NCBI GenBank assembly: GCA_963726265.1
Contig: CAVSBQ010000002.1
Coordinates: 704,001 to 768,000 of the forward strand
Reading direction: 5' to 3'
DNA length: 64,000 nucleotides
Source of the DNA: Candidatus Aenigmatarchaeota archaeon
Lineage (GTDB): Archaea; Aenigmatarchaeota; Aenigmatarchaeia; QMZP01; QMZT01
The notes beneath the pieces were generated by a model. That model made no database searches. It was given only the letters and a program-made list of their open reading frames with translations, and was not told where the DNA came from. The position numbers and the translations under genes were made by a program. This document shows, piece after piece, positions 1-9,157 of the stretch (positions are counted from its first letter, which is position 1; the number at the start of each line of letters is the position of its first letter).

Positions 1-2585
1 AGGCATGTGTTCGCGATGCCGTCGCTCATCACCAGCATCGCCTGGTATCTTTTCATGGTCGCGTTCAGCTCCAGGTCGAACTTCGCTGCCAGACTGTCGC
101 TGTTCTTTAGCCTGACGGCTATGACATTGTCGCCGCTCACGAAATAAGAGCCGTTCACCACTATTTTTTCCCTGAAAGCCACGTCGTCGACGTAGAACCT
201 TTCGTTGTCTTCGCTTGACCTAAGGCCGAATCTTACGGTAAAATTATTAACCATGCTGTAGCCGGACAGGTCTATCTCGTCGTAATGGTATTCGCCGTAG
301 CTGTCATTGGTGGAATATCGCCTGAGCTGATGCCAGCTGCCGTCCCACACCTGCACGTCGGCGTATTCGCTGCCGCTCACGGGAGTGCTGCCCGTCCTCC
401 ACCAGTAGGATAAGACCATGTTTGTCCGCCCTGTGAGATTGATGCGCTTTTCCGCGTATCCGTAGGCATCCATGTCCCTGAATACGAGGACGTCAGTCCC
501 GCTGTGAGCAGGATAGCCGGCATAGTTTGCCATTATATAAATTTCCTTGTCAGCGGTAGGCGTTCCGTTTACGACCCAGTATCCTGGTGTGATGTTTATC
601 TCGGTGTATGTCAGCTGGTTGGCACCGCTCGCATAGTAGCTTTCGAAGTCCTCGCTGAAAGTCACGTTCCCGCGGTTCCAGTAGGTCGCGTTGTGCCTGC
701 CAGCGTCGTTGTCTATCAGATGGCCGTTCAGGTATATTTCTGCGCCGTCGTCCGACAGGACGTAAAGCTCGGCGAAGTCAACGACATCCATGTCGCTGAG
801 GTTGAAATGCTTCCTGAAATAATAGTCGCCGCCGTTGTTGCCTATATTCGTGTTAATGTTTGGTGAGTACGCAGCGCTCTCGAAACCAAGTATTGCCTGC
901 CCTGAGTTCCAGCCGGAATCAGTATAGTTAATCCACGTCCACTGGCTTCCGTTTATCGCCGGCGGCTCGCTTGCCGGGAAGCTCGTGTTGTAAAGCCACG
1001 AGGCTTTCGAAGGGATAAACGTCCTTACGGTTTTTGAAAGGACGAACATGTTCGTCGCGTTGGCTATGCCGCAGGCCATGCACGTGGTGGCGCCTGACAC
1101 AGAAACATAGCTGTTTACATGCGAGGTCAGGGAGGCGCTGCTGTTGCCGAGACCATGCGACAGTGCGGTGCTGGTATTATAGGCGACCAGGCCCAGCCTG
1201 TTGCCTGTGTAGTTCAGGATTGAGGCAACGAAATCCTTGTCCACGTCCTTCGCCACGTCTATTCTGCGGTTCTGGCAGCCGCTGACAGCCGCGTTGCAGT
1301 CGGCGTGCAGGCACGATGACGTCTGGACGTCGCACGAAGCCGAGTCGCTCATGCTCCCCGAGAGGTCGGTTATGAGGACGGAATCGCTCGTGCCCTCGCC
1401 GCTAGTGAAGGCAAACGTGTCCGTCCCGAACCTTATGGGCACGGTGAAGTTGCTCAACGCGAGCGTGAGATTCATCTTTCCGCCAAAGGCGTCGCTTATG
1501 TTCTGCTCGGGGATGTCAACCGTGATTTCACCGGTCTGGTTGCTCCGGTATATCTCTTCCGCCCCTATGACGCAATAGACGGGTATGCCCTGGCCGTTGA
1601 AACTGAGGTTGTTCCTGTAATGCAGCTGCGCGCTGATGTTTTCGAGCGTGCCCGGCACGTAGAATGACGAGTAAAGGTTCACGATGCCCGTTATGCCAGG
1701 GAAGGCATACGAGTCGACGGCAGTCCCGCTGTAAACATAATCGTTTCCCGTAAGCTCGGATGTTTTGTATGTGACTTTGAAATAACCGCCGCCTATGTAG
1801 CTGCTCTGGTTCGAGGTGAAGTTCAGCTGTAGCGTGTTTTCTCCCGGGATGAAATAGGCGCAGTAAGCCGGCGCCGCTTCCGAACAGATGGTCCAGTTGT
1901 CGGCGGAAAAGTTCGATGCGGCCTTGTAGAACATGCCCGCTGACTGGCCGTTGATGTAAAGCGTGAAATTGCCGCCGGTGTTGAGCTCCATGTAGGCCCT
2001 GGTGACGTTCGCGTCCGACGGCAGCGTTATAATCTTGGTCAGGTTGCCGTCGCCCTCGTAGCCGCCGAAGTAGACGAATTCCGAGCTGGTCTTGGCCACC
2101 TTTGTCACGTAGACCTTCGCCAGGTAACCGTTAACCGGCTTCGTTTTTTCGTAGCCTGAAACCACGGTCGCGAGCCTCGCGACGTAATCCGAATATTCCT
2201 GCTGGCTGGCATATATGGTCTCTCCGTTGAAGGCAACCTCGTAGTTCAGGCCCGTGTTGCTAAGCGTCTTGCTGAATATTTCCTGCGTCAGGTTCTCCGC
2301 CTTGCTCCTGTTGCCTTCCGCCCAGAAAGAGCCGATGACGTCCAGTATCGTCCTGTTCATGTCATCCTGCCCGAGGCCGTAGGCGCTGAGATTCACCATG
2401 TCTGCGACTGCCTGCAGCCTAGCCTCCTCGATGACGGAAGCCATGTCCTTGCCCGCATAATAATAGCGCTGGTAGCGCAGCTCCGGCGAGGAATACGTGA
2501 AGGCCATGCCCGCAAGGAAAAGCGACACGCTCAGAAGCAGCGTTATCGCTGCTATCGCGTCAAGTGAAAGCAGAAAGCCCTTCAT
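1..2585 (-). CDS. Large secreted vWA-domain protein with class III (pilin-like) signal peptide, partial (runs off the window)
   Basis: Absent from the ORF track because no stop lies in the window. Read manually from ATG at 2585: MKGFLLSLDAIAAITLLLSVSLFLAG (KG|F plus hydrophobic helix), MIDAS elements VLITDLSGSM ... GATT ... MLVMSDG, with jelly-roll-like inserts. The frame stays open to position 3. Confidence 0.85.
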   Translation of the reverse strand, partial: MKGFLLSLDAIAAITLLLSVSLFLAGMAFTYSSPELRYQRYYYAGKDMASVIEEARLQAVADMVNLSAYGLGQDDMNRTILDVIGSFWAEGNRSKAENLTQEIFSKTLSNTGLNYEVAFNGETIYASQQEYSDYVARLATVVSGYEKTKPVNGYLAKVYVTKVAKTSSEFVYFGGYEGDGNLTKIITLPSDANVTRAYMELNTGGNFTLYINGQSAGMFYKAASNFSADNWTICSEAAPAYCAYFIPGENTLQLNFTSNQSSYIGGGYFKVTYKTSELTGNDYVYSGTAVDSYAFPGITGIVNLYSSFYVPGTLENISAQLHYRNNLSFNGQGIPVYCVIGAEEIYRSNQTGEITVDIPEQNISDAFGGKMNLTLALSNFTVPIRFGTDTFAFTSGEGTSDSVLITDLSGSMSDSASCDVQTSSCLHADCNAAVSGCQNRRIDVAKDVDKDFVASILNYTGNRLGLVAYNTSTALSHGLGNSSASLTSHVNSYVSVSGATTCMACGIANATNMFVLSKTVRTFIPSKASWLYNTSFPASEPPAINGSQWTWINYTDSGWNSGQAILGFESAAYSPNINTNIGNNGGDYYFRKHFNLSDMDVVDFAELYVLSDDGAEIYLNGHLIDNDAGRHNATYWNRGNVTFSEDFESYYASGANQLTYTEINITPGYWVVNGTPTADKEIYIMANYAGYPAHSGTDVLVFRDMDAYGYAEKRINLTGRTNMVLSYWWRTGSTPVSGSEYADVQVWDGSWHQLRRYSTNDSYGEYHYDEIDLSGYSMVNNFTVRFGLRSSEDNERFYVDDVAFREKIVVNGSYFVSGDNVIAVRLKNSDSLAAKFDLELNATMKRYQAMLVMSDGIANTC

Positions 2586-2637
2586 ACTTTTATATTTAAA
2601 TCTCGTCAAAATAAATATCAAGGGACAGGTGGGAACG

Positions 2638-3261
2638 ATGGATTTCAAGAAATTCATCAAATCGAGATTCGGCAAGGACATTTTTTCAATAAAAGAGAAC
2701 GAACTTCTGAAGGAGCGCATCAAAATCGAGAAGGAAATAGAGCGCGTTTCCGACGACCTGAAGGGCATAGCGGAAAAGATACAGAAGCTCATGCTGGGTG
2801 CGAAGGGCCAGCCCACGCCGCTCAAGATGCTCAACGTCCAGAAAATCAAGGCGTTGACGCTCGAATCGCGCACGAAACAGATGGAGGCATCGCGCTACAT
2901 ACGCGAGATGCAGCTCATACTGCTGGTCCAGGCCATGAGGCAGCGCGAAAAGAGCGACAGGCTTTCCGACGTAACCAAGGAGATAATGAACACGGACACG
3001 GACAAGCTCAGCATGGTTCTGATGGACGAGGACGTGAGGGAGGCGCTCGAGGAAGGGCGCCTGGACAAGATCAAGGAAAAGCTTGAAAGGGTTTTCGGAA
3101 GGGAGGAGATGCTCGTCGACGCGGAATCGCAGGACCTCATGCAGGCCATAAACGATCTTGAAAAAGTCGATGAAGAAACCGCCCTGCGCATGGCAGGGGA
3201 AAAGGCGAAGGAGATAACCGAGCAGCCTTCCAAGAAAGAGGAAGAAAAGGAAACCGAATGA
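2638..3261 (+). CDS. ESCRT-III/Snf7/CdvB-like coiled-coil protein (putative)
   Basis: 207 aa from ATG 2638. Appears all-helical, with a long helical hairpin, a basic N-half and an acidic C-half. Directly upstream of a Vps4-like ATPase. Confidence 0.6.
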   Translation: MDFKKFIKSRFGKDIFSIKENELLKERIKIEKEIERVSDDLKGIAEKIQKLMLGAKGQPTPLKMLNVQKIKALTLESRTKQMEASRYIREMQLILLVQAMRQREKSDRLSDVTKEIMNTDTDKLSMVLMDEDVREALEEGRLDKIKEKLERVFGREEMLVDAESQDLMQAINDLEKVDEETALRMAGEKAKEITEQPSKKEEEKETE

Positions 3262-3283
3262 TTTTTTCTTCCGGAGGTTCCGC

Positions 3284-4399
3284 ATGGGAGAACTGAGGGA
3301 ATCGCTTCTCAAGCAGCAGCTCCAGCACGAGATAGACCTCGCGAGGAAGCTTGAGGCCGAAGGCAGGCCGAAGCAGGCGACTGTTCATTACAAGACCGCC
3401 GCTTCCATATACAGGCGGCTCGCCTACATAGCGCCGCGTGAACATGCCGAATCATTTTTTTCCTCTGCCGCGCAATACGAGGAAATAGGCGGCGACAAGC
3501 CACAAAAAGAAAAGTCCGAAACGCTGGAAACGATAAACAGCATGCTCGTCTGCGAGAAACCGACGCTGAAATGGGAGGACATAGGCGGGCTGAGGGACGT
3601 CAAGCGCGAGGTGAGGGAGGCGATAATCCTGCCCATGGTCAAGGGGAAGCCGGACTTCGTCGAGGCGCCGAGGACGCTTCTGCTTTACGGTCCGCCGGGG
3701 ACGGGCAAGACGCTTATTGCGAAGGCCGCTAGCAGCACGCTGAAAGCTAATTTTTTCGAAGCGCGCACGTCAGCGTTGCTTTCGAAGTTCTACGGCGAAT
3801 CGGAAAAAATAATAAGCATGCTTTTTGAAAAGGCTAGGAAGAACTCGCCTTCGATAATATTCATGGACGAGTTCGATGCCATAATGGTGACCAGGGACGC
3901 TGATGTTCACGAGGCGACGCGAAGGGTCATCTCCCAGTTTCTCGTGGAGATAGAAGGCTTCTCGACGGAGAAGGATGAGAAGGTCATCCTGATAGCCGCG
4001 ACCAACAGGCCCTGGGACCTTGACGACGCGATGATATCGAGGTTCCACAGGAAGATTTACGTCCCCCTGCCCGACGCCGAGGCGAGGAAGCACATATTCG
4101 AGATTCATCTCAAGGGTCTCGACCTCTCCGGCATAACCATCGGCCAGCTCGCCGGCATGAGCGAGGCGTATTCGGGGAGAGACATCGCCAGCGTCTGCCG
4201 CGAGGCGATAATGTTCATGATAAGGCAGCAGAACCCCATGCTCGAAGAGCTGACAGCTACGCAGATTGAAAAATATTCCATGTGTCACAGGCCGCTGACG
4301 CGCGCGGATTTCGAGCATGCCTTCTCGAAGGTCAAAAGGACTGTGGACGACAAGGCCGTAGGCAGATACGAGGCATGGAAGGCAAAAATGGGCGAGTAG
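3284..4399 (+). CDS. Vps4/CdvC-like AAA+ ATPase with N-terminal MIT-like domain
   Basis: Walker A GPPGTGKT, Walker B IIFMDEFD, pore loop LLSKFYGESEK, ATNRPWDLDDAM.SRF, Vps4_C-like helix (YEAWKAKMGE), N-terminal three-helix MIT-like segment. Confidence 0.85.
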   Translation: MGELRESLLKQQLQHEIDLARKLEAEGRPKQATVHYKTAASIYRRLAYIAPREHAESFFSSAAQYEEIGGDKPQKEKSETLETINSMLVCEKPTLKWEDIGGLRDVKREVREAIILPMVKGKPDFVEAPRTLLLYGPPGTGKTLIAKAASSTLKANFFEARTSALLSKFYGESEKIISMLFEKARKNSPSIIFMDEFDAIMVTRDADVHEATRRVISQFLVEIEGFSTEKDEKVILIAATNRPWDLDDAMISRFHRKIYVPLPDAEARKHIFEIHLKGLDLSGITIGQLAGMSEAYSGRDIASVCREAIMFMIRQQNPMLEELTATQIEKYSMCHRPLTRADFEHAFSKVKRTVDDKAVGRYEAWKAKMGE

Positions 4400-4456
4400 G
4401 CCACGGCAGGCCCGCATAAGTTATTTGAATTTAACATCCAAGATTCTATTGTCACT

Positions 4457-6190
4457 ATGACGGATGCGCATCCAAAGACGGGAAAGGAAAAGGCGACGGC
4501 GAAAGAAATAGAAAGGCTCCTGAAAAAGGCCGAGCATTACGCGAAGAAGAACGAATGCGAGAAAGCGACGAAGCTTTACCAGGAGCTCGCCAGGCTCGCC
4601 GAAACCATAGGCGACAAGAGGGCGGTCGATTTCTGCATCGAGGAAGCGAAGTGCAACCTCAAGCTCGGCAGGGATTTCAACGTCGGATGGGCCTACAAAT
4701 GCGCGGCCGTTTATGCGCTCGCGTTTAACGATTTCAGCAACGCCGTCAACTTCGCCTCGAAGGCGACTGAGTTTTTTACCAGGGCCAATTCCATGTATGC
4801 CGTCCAGTGGTGCTACAACATAATGGGCGAGGCGGGCGAGAGGATGGGCAATTACGAGCTTGCCCTGAAAAACTACAGGAAGTCGCTCGACATCGAATAC
4901 AGCGAGGAGATAGACAGGAAGATAGAGAAGCTTTCAAAAACCCTGCCGCATCTTACGGTCTGGCAGGAGTGCGCCAAGAGCGCGGCGAAAGAGGGGGAGA
5001 AAGTCGAGGTCGTGCTGAAGATAAGCAACGATACCAAAGGCGAGATGCGCGACATAAGGCTCCTTGGAGAAAAGGCGAACGTGCTCGAGACCGTGGCCAT
5101 CCTGAAACCAGGGGATTCGAAGGCGTTCAGATATGCTATGCATGCCTGGGAGGACGCGAAGCCGCTTTTCAGGAAGCTGGAGTGGACGAACGCGAAAGGC
5201 GAGAAGAACGCGAAGGCAATAGAACCGCCAAGGCTCTGCATCGTGCCCAACATAGAGATAAGGCCTTATCTGAAAAACAGACTAGAGATAGGCAGAGAGT
5301 CTTATTTTGTCATATCCCTGGGCAACAATTCCAGGGAGCCGATAGAGGACGTCGACCTCGCCGTTTCGTTCCCGGTCGAGCTTAAGGTGCAGCCGGTGAC
5401 CGGTTATTCGATAGGCAGGATAAGCCCGAAGGAGGAGAAGGGCTTCGTGTTCAGGCTACTGCCGACGAGCGTGGGCAGAACGCTGCTTTCGCCGGTCATA
5501 AGCTTCAGAGACGCCCGCGGACGCTGCTACAGAAAAAAACTGAAGCCGTTCGTTATCGAGGAGACGCTTGCGTCAGCCGATGATATTGTTCCGGGGCCAA
5601 GGCAGGAGCAGCCGAAAAGCATAGGCAGCGAAAACCTGAGCAGGCTGAAATACACCGAAAAGTTCAAGAGATACGTCGAGGCCTTCATGCAGCCGAAGGA
5701 GATGGACGAGGCTGAATACGTGCGGCTTTCGCGCGGCATGCATTCCGTCATAAGGGGCTATACCCTCAAGGACGTCGACCTTGAAACCGCGTCTTGCCAT
5801 TTACTCGAGGAATGCAGGGTCATGCACATGGTCAGCGAGCATGCCGCTGAAGGCGAGAGGCTGTATATGCTTGCGGGCCAGTCGAAAGCCAAAGCCGTGT
5901 ATCTGCTGACGGCCGCGATGAAGGACGACGAAGGCCTTTTGCACATCGCGCTCAGGCTTTATTCGGACAGGGAGGACGAGCTCGAGGACGTCCTGGAAAA
6001 GATATCGGACATAGTCAAGTATACCATTATCGCCATGAACTTCGCGACCGAGATACAGAAAATAGAGGTAAAGGAAACGATAAACATAATCGACTCCGTG
6101 GTGCAGAGGTCAAAAATAGGCGAAAAGATAAGTAAAAAAGACAAAAATCTGGATATAAAAGATTCGGTCGTCCAGAGAACCGAGATCTGA
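4457..6190 (+). CDS. TPR (alpha-SNAP-like) plus two Ig-like domains plus adaptin/coatomer appendage platform-like domain protein
   Basis: N-terminal ~160 aa of TPR-type helical repeats, central beta-sandwich segments (GEKVEVVLKISN, YFVISLGNNS...VDLAVSFP), C-terminal FMQPKEMDEAEY...IALRLYSD resembling appendage platform subdomains, and a duplicated I.DSVVQR tail. Confidence 0.7.
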   Translation: MTDAHPKTGKEKATAKEIERLLKKAEHYAKKNECEKATKLYQELARLAETIGDKRAVDFCIEEAKCNLKLGRDFNVGWAYKCAAVYALAFNDFSNAVNFASKATEFFTRANSMYAVQWCYNIMGEAGERMGNYELALKNYRKSLDIEYSEEIDRKIEKLSKTLPHLTVWQECAKSAAKEGEKVEVVLKISNDTKGEMRDIRLLGEKANVLETVAILKPGDSKAFRYAMHAWEDAKPLFRKLEWTNAKGEKNAKAIEPPRLCIVPNIEIRPYLKNRLEIGRESYFVISLGNNSREPIEDVDLAVSFPVELKVQPVTGYSIGRISPKEEKGFVFRLLPTSVGRTLLSPVISFRDARGRCYRKKLKPFVIEETLASADDIVPGPRQEQPKSIGSENLSRLKYTEKFKRYVEAFMQPKEMDEAEYVRLSRGMHSVIRGYTLKDVDLETASCHLLEECRVMHMVSEHAAEGERLYMLAGQSKAKAVYLLTAAMKDDEGLLHIALRLYSDREDELEDVLEKISDIVKYTIIAMNFATEIQKIEVKETINIIDSVVQRSKIGEKISKKDKNLDIKDSVVQRTEI

Positions 6191-6204
6191 TTTCTTGCCG
6201 GAAT

Positions 6205-6483
6205 CTACTTCTTTTTCTTCTTGGTCTCTTTCTTCTCCTCTTCTTCCGGTGCCTCGAATTCCTTGGACGTCTTCAGCTCATCAGCCTCGAGCCACACTAT
6301 GAAAAGGCCCATGAGTATCAGAAGGATGGGTATGGTTCCGGTCAGCACTATTATGAAGTTGTTCAGCCAGTCAATGCCGAACGTCCCTTTGACGCCAATT
6401 ATGGGGTACACCGAATCAACGAAGAGTCCCAGGCCGATAAGCACCAAGACAAGCCCTATTATGATTTTTACTGCAGCATGCAT
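6205..6483 (-). CDS. Small two-TM membrane protein with charged C-terminal tail
   Basis: Two hydrophobic helices followed by EEEEKKETKKKK. Confidence 0.75.
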   Translation of the reverse strand: MHAAVKIIIGLVLVLIGLGLFVDSVYPIIGVKGTFGIDWLNNFIIVLTGTIPILLILMGLFIVWLEADELKTSKEFEAPEEEEKKETKKKKK

Positions 6484-6597
6484 GTTTTTACACCCCTAAC
6501 TTTAATTGAACTCATAAGTTTTTATATCTTTAATGCCAAAAATGTTTAAATATCCAGCCAGTCTAATCATTTAAACCGCTCATGCGGTTTCAAGGTT

Positions 6598-7128
6598 ATG
6601 CAAAGTGGTTTCATGATGAAAAGCGCGCGTCAGATATGGAAGAGCCCGAAGAAGAATCTCGGAAGACTCTGGAGCGAAAGGCTCATAGAATGGAGGCAGG
6701 ACGATGTAGTCAAAAGAGTGGACAGGCCGACCAGGCCGGAAAGGGCCAGGTCGCTCGGCTACAAGGCAAAGCAGGGCTTCGTCGTGGCGAGGGTGCGCGT
6801 CTTGAAAGGCAAGAGGAAGAGGCCGAAGTTCGCGGGCGGCCGCGTGCCCAAAAAAAGGGGAAGGTTCTTTCCTGCGGGCAAGTCCAACCAGATCCTGGGC
6901 GAGGAGCGCGCCGCCAGGAAATTCCGCAACCTCGAAATACTCAATTCATATTATGTCGGCGAGGACGGCCAATACGCGTGGTTCGAGGTCATAATGGCCG
7001 ACCCGTCCAGCGCCAGCGTAGCGAAGGACAGGGAGCGCGGATGGCTCGCGCAGAAGCAGCACCGCGGCAGGGTTTTCAGGGCGCTTACGTCGTCTGGCAG
7101 GAAGATGCGCGGCCTCAGAAAAGCGTAG
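6598..7128 (+). CDS. rpl15e: 50S ribosomal protein L15e
   Basis: RPTRPERARSLGYKAKQGFVVARVRV, NLEILNSYYVGEDG, HRGRVFRALTSSGRKMRGL. Confidence 0.97.
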   Translation: MQSGFMMKSARQIWKSPKKNLGRLWSERLIEWRQDDVVKRVDRPTRPERARSLGYKAKQGFVVARVRVLKGKRKRPKFAGGRVPKKRGRFFPAGKSNQILGEERAARKFRNLEILNSYYVGEDGQYAWFEVIMADPSSASVAKDRERGWLAQKQHRGRVFRALTSSGRKMRGLRKA

Positions 7129-7136
7129 AACGGTTC

Positions 7137-8390
7137 TTACTTGTATTCCGATTTTCTGCTGTATTCGGACTTGAAGGCGTATTCGCTTTTGATGGCATAT
7201 TCCCCCTCAATGCCATCGGTTCTTGACATGTCCACGGCATACCCTTCGCTCTTCGCATAATCCTTTTCAAGCGGTTTTTTGATCTCCGCCTCCCAGCTTT
7301 CGAAGGCGCTCGGCCACTTGGACTGCGTGGTTGTGGACGTGGCGAACCTCCAGATCTCGTTGCCTTCAAGGTCAAGGCAGTAAAGGTGGCAGTCCCACGA
7401 AGTGAAATACACGCGCTCTTTCCATACGGCAGGCCACCAGAAGACGTCGCCGCCAGTCTTGAAGCGCCATTTTTCCTTGCCTTTCAGATCAAGGCAGTAA
7501 AGGTTCCCGTCTCCTGAGCCGACATACATCCTGTCTTTGTATATAAATGGAAGCGCCACAACCTCCCCTGTCTTGAATCTCCACACTTCTTCACCTTCAG
7601 GGTTGAGGGCGAAAAGTATGCCCTCTCTGGAATGCTGATAAAGAACATCGTTGTATATGTAAGGGCCTGCAGCTATGCCGTATTTACCGGCTTTGAACCT
7701 CCAGAGCTCCTTCCCCGTCTTGCAATTGACGGCATAAACAAAACTATCGATGGAAGGGATGAATATGATGCCTTTGTAAACAGTTCCCGGATAAACATTG
7801 TATACCTCTCCGCCAGTCCTGAAGCGCCAGAGTTCTTTTCCGGTTTTCGCATCCAAACAATAGTAGTTGCCGTCAAATGAGCCTATGTATACCCTTCCTT
7901 CGTGGACAAGCGGCGTCGAGGCGACCCAGTCGCCAGTCCTGAGCCTCCAGAGAACGGAAGCGTCTTTCTTTCTCAGGCAGTAAACAACGCAATCCTTCGA
8001 GCCAAAATAAACTGAGTCGCCATCCACGGTCGCGCATCCGAGTATCTCACCGCCGCTCCTGAACTTCCATATCTCTTCGCCGTTGCGTATGTCTATCGCA
8101 TAGAGGTTGTGGTCAAAGGAGCCTATATACATCACGGTTCCGTCTATGGTCGGCGACGACTCCATTATGGGGCCGTTTGCCTTGAACCTCCAGACCTCCC
8201 TGCCCGTCGCGGCGTCGACTGCGTACACGTGATGGTCAACCGCACCGAAATAAACTATGCCGCCGACTATCTCGAGTTTCTGGTCTATGCTGCCGCCGAA
8301 GCCTATGCGGAAGACGCGGTCGAATTTCTTGGCCTTTTTCACTTCTATGTCTTCAAGCTCCATGCTGAAGTCGTCAAAGCCGAAACTCAT
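7137..8390 (-). CDS. PQQ-binding-like (BamB-like) beta-propeller repeat protein
   Basis: Repeated VYFGS.D..VYCLD..TGKE.WRF.TGG blades; no signal peptide. Confidence 0.9.
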   Translation of the reverse strand: MSFGFDDFSMELEDIEVKKAKKFDRVFRIGFGGSIDQKLEIVGGIVYFGAVDHHVYAVDAATGREVWRFKANGPIMESSPTIDGTVMYIGSFDHNLYAIDIRNGEEIWKFRSGGEILGCATVDGDSVYFGSKDCVVYCLRKKDASVLWRLRTGDWVASTPLVHEGRVYIGSFDGNYYCLDAKTGKELWRFRTGGEVYNVYPGTVYKGIIFIPSIDSFVYAVNCKTGKELWRFKAGKYGIAAGPYIYNDVLYQHSREGILFALNPEGEEVWRFKTGEVVALPFIYKDRMYVGSGDGNLYCLDLKGKEKWRFKTGGDVFWWPAVWKERVYFTSWDCHLYCLDLEGNEIWRFATSTTTQSKWPSAFESWEAEIKKPLEKDYAKSEGYAVDMSRTDGIEGEYAIKSEYAFKSEYSRKSEYK

Positions 8391-8446
8391 GATATATAAT
8401 GAGAAAAATAAATACTAAAAGAGCATATTATTAGCGGGGTGCTGGC

Positions 8447-9127
8447 ATGCGCATAGTTTTCAAGATAGGCGGTTCGATAATCTGCCCGAAAGGCGTTCCT
8501 GATCTGGCTTATATCAAAAGGCTTTCCAGGTTCCTGCTGGAGCTGAAAAGGAAAAACAGGATAATAATCGTCGTGGGCGGCGGCAAGATGGCAAAGGACT
8601 ACATAAGGTCAGCCAGGACGCTGAAGCCTTCTGAAAACCTCCTAGACAGCATGGGCATACTCGGCTCAAGGATGAACGCCATGGTCATCATGGCATCGCT
8701 TGGCAGGCAGGCGTATCCGAAGGTCGTCAAAAACAGGGAAGAGCTTGAACACGGGATTTCAACGGGCAAGATAGTCGTTCTAGGCGGCACGGTGCCCGGC
8801 CAGACGACCAGCGCCGTCGCAGTCGCTGCAGCGCAATTTTTCAGGTCCGACATGCTCGTCATAGGCACGAACGTGAAAGGCATATTCACAAAAGACCCGA
8901 AAACGCATCGCAACGCCAGAATGCTGCCCAGGATAAAATCCAAGGATCTTTACAACATGGTCATGGTCAGGAAGCACATGGCAGGTCCTATGACTGTTAT
9001 GGACCCGGTCGCGGCGAGGCTTCTGGAGCGCTCAAAAATAAAGGCGGTCCTGCTCGACGGCCGCAACCTGGCGAACATGAAAAAGGCGATAATGCGCAGG
9101 AATTTTGTGGGAACCATCATAGAGTAG
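8447..9127 (+). CDS. pyrH: Uridylate kinase (archaeal type)
   Basis: IVFKIGGS, VVGGGK.A..YI, GGTVPGQTT, TNVKGIFTKDPK, MDPVAA. Confidence 0.92.
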   Translation: MRIVFKIGGSIICPKGVPDLAYIKRLSRFLLELKRKNRIIIVVGGGKMAKDYIRSARTLKPSENLLDSMGILGSRMNAMVIMASLGRQAYPKVVKNREELEHGISTGKIVVLGGTVPGQTTSAVAVAAAQFFRSDMLVIGTNVKGIFTKDPKTHRNARMLPRIKSKDLYNMVMVRKHMAGPMTVMDPVAARLLERSKIKAVLLDGRNLANMKKAIMRRNFVGTIIE

Positions 9128-9157
9128 ATGTTTTGAAGGAAGAACGGCCGATTCAAC

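Noticed and set aside
504..1578. Plus-strand ORFs 504..866, 1034..1285 and 1237..1578
   Set aside because: Antisense shadows of the minus-strand vWA gene.
2497..2637. N-terminal extension of the ESCRT-III-like ORF from GTG 2497
   Set aside because: It overlaps the divergent gene start and the AT-rich promoter region; ATG 2638 is more plausible.
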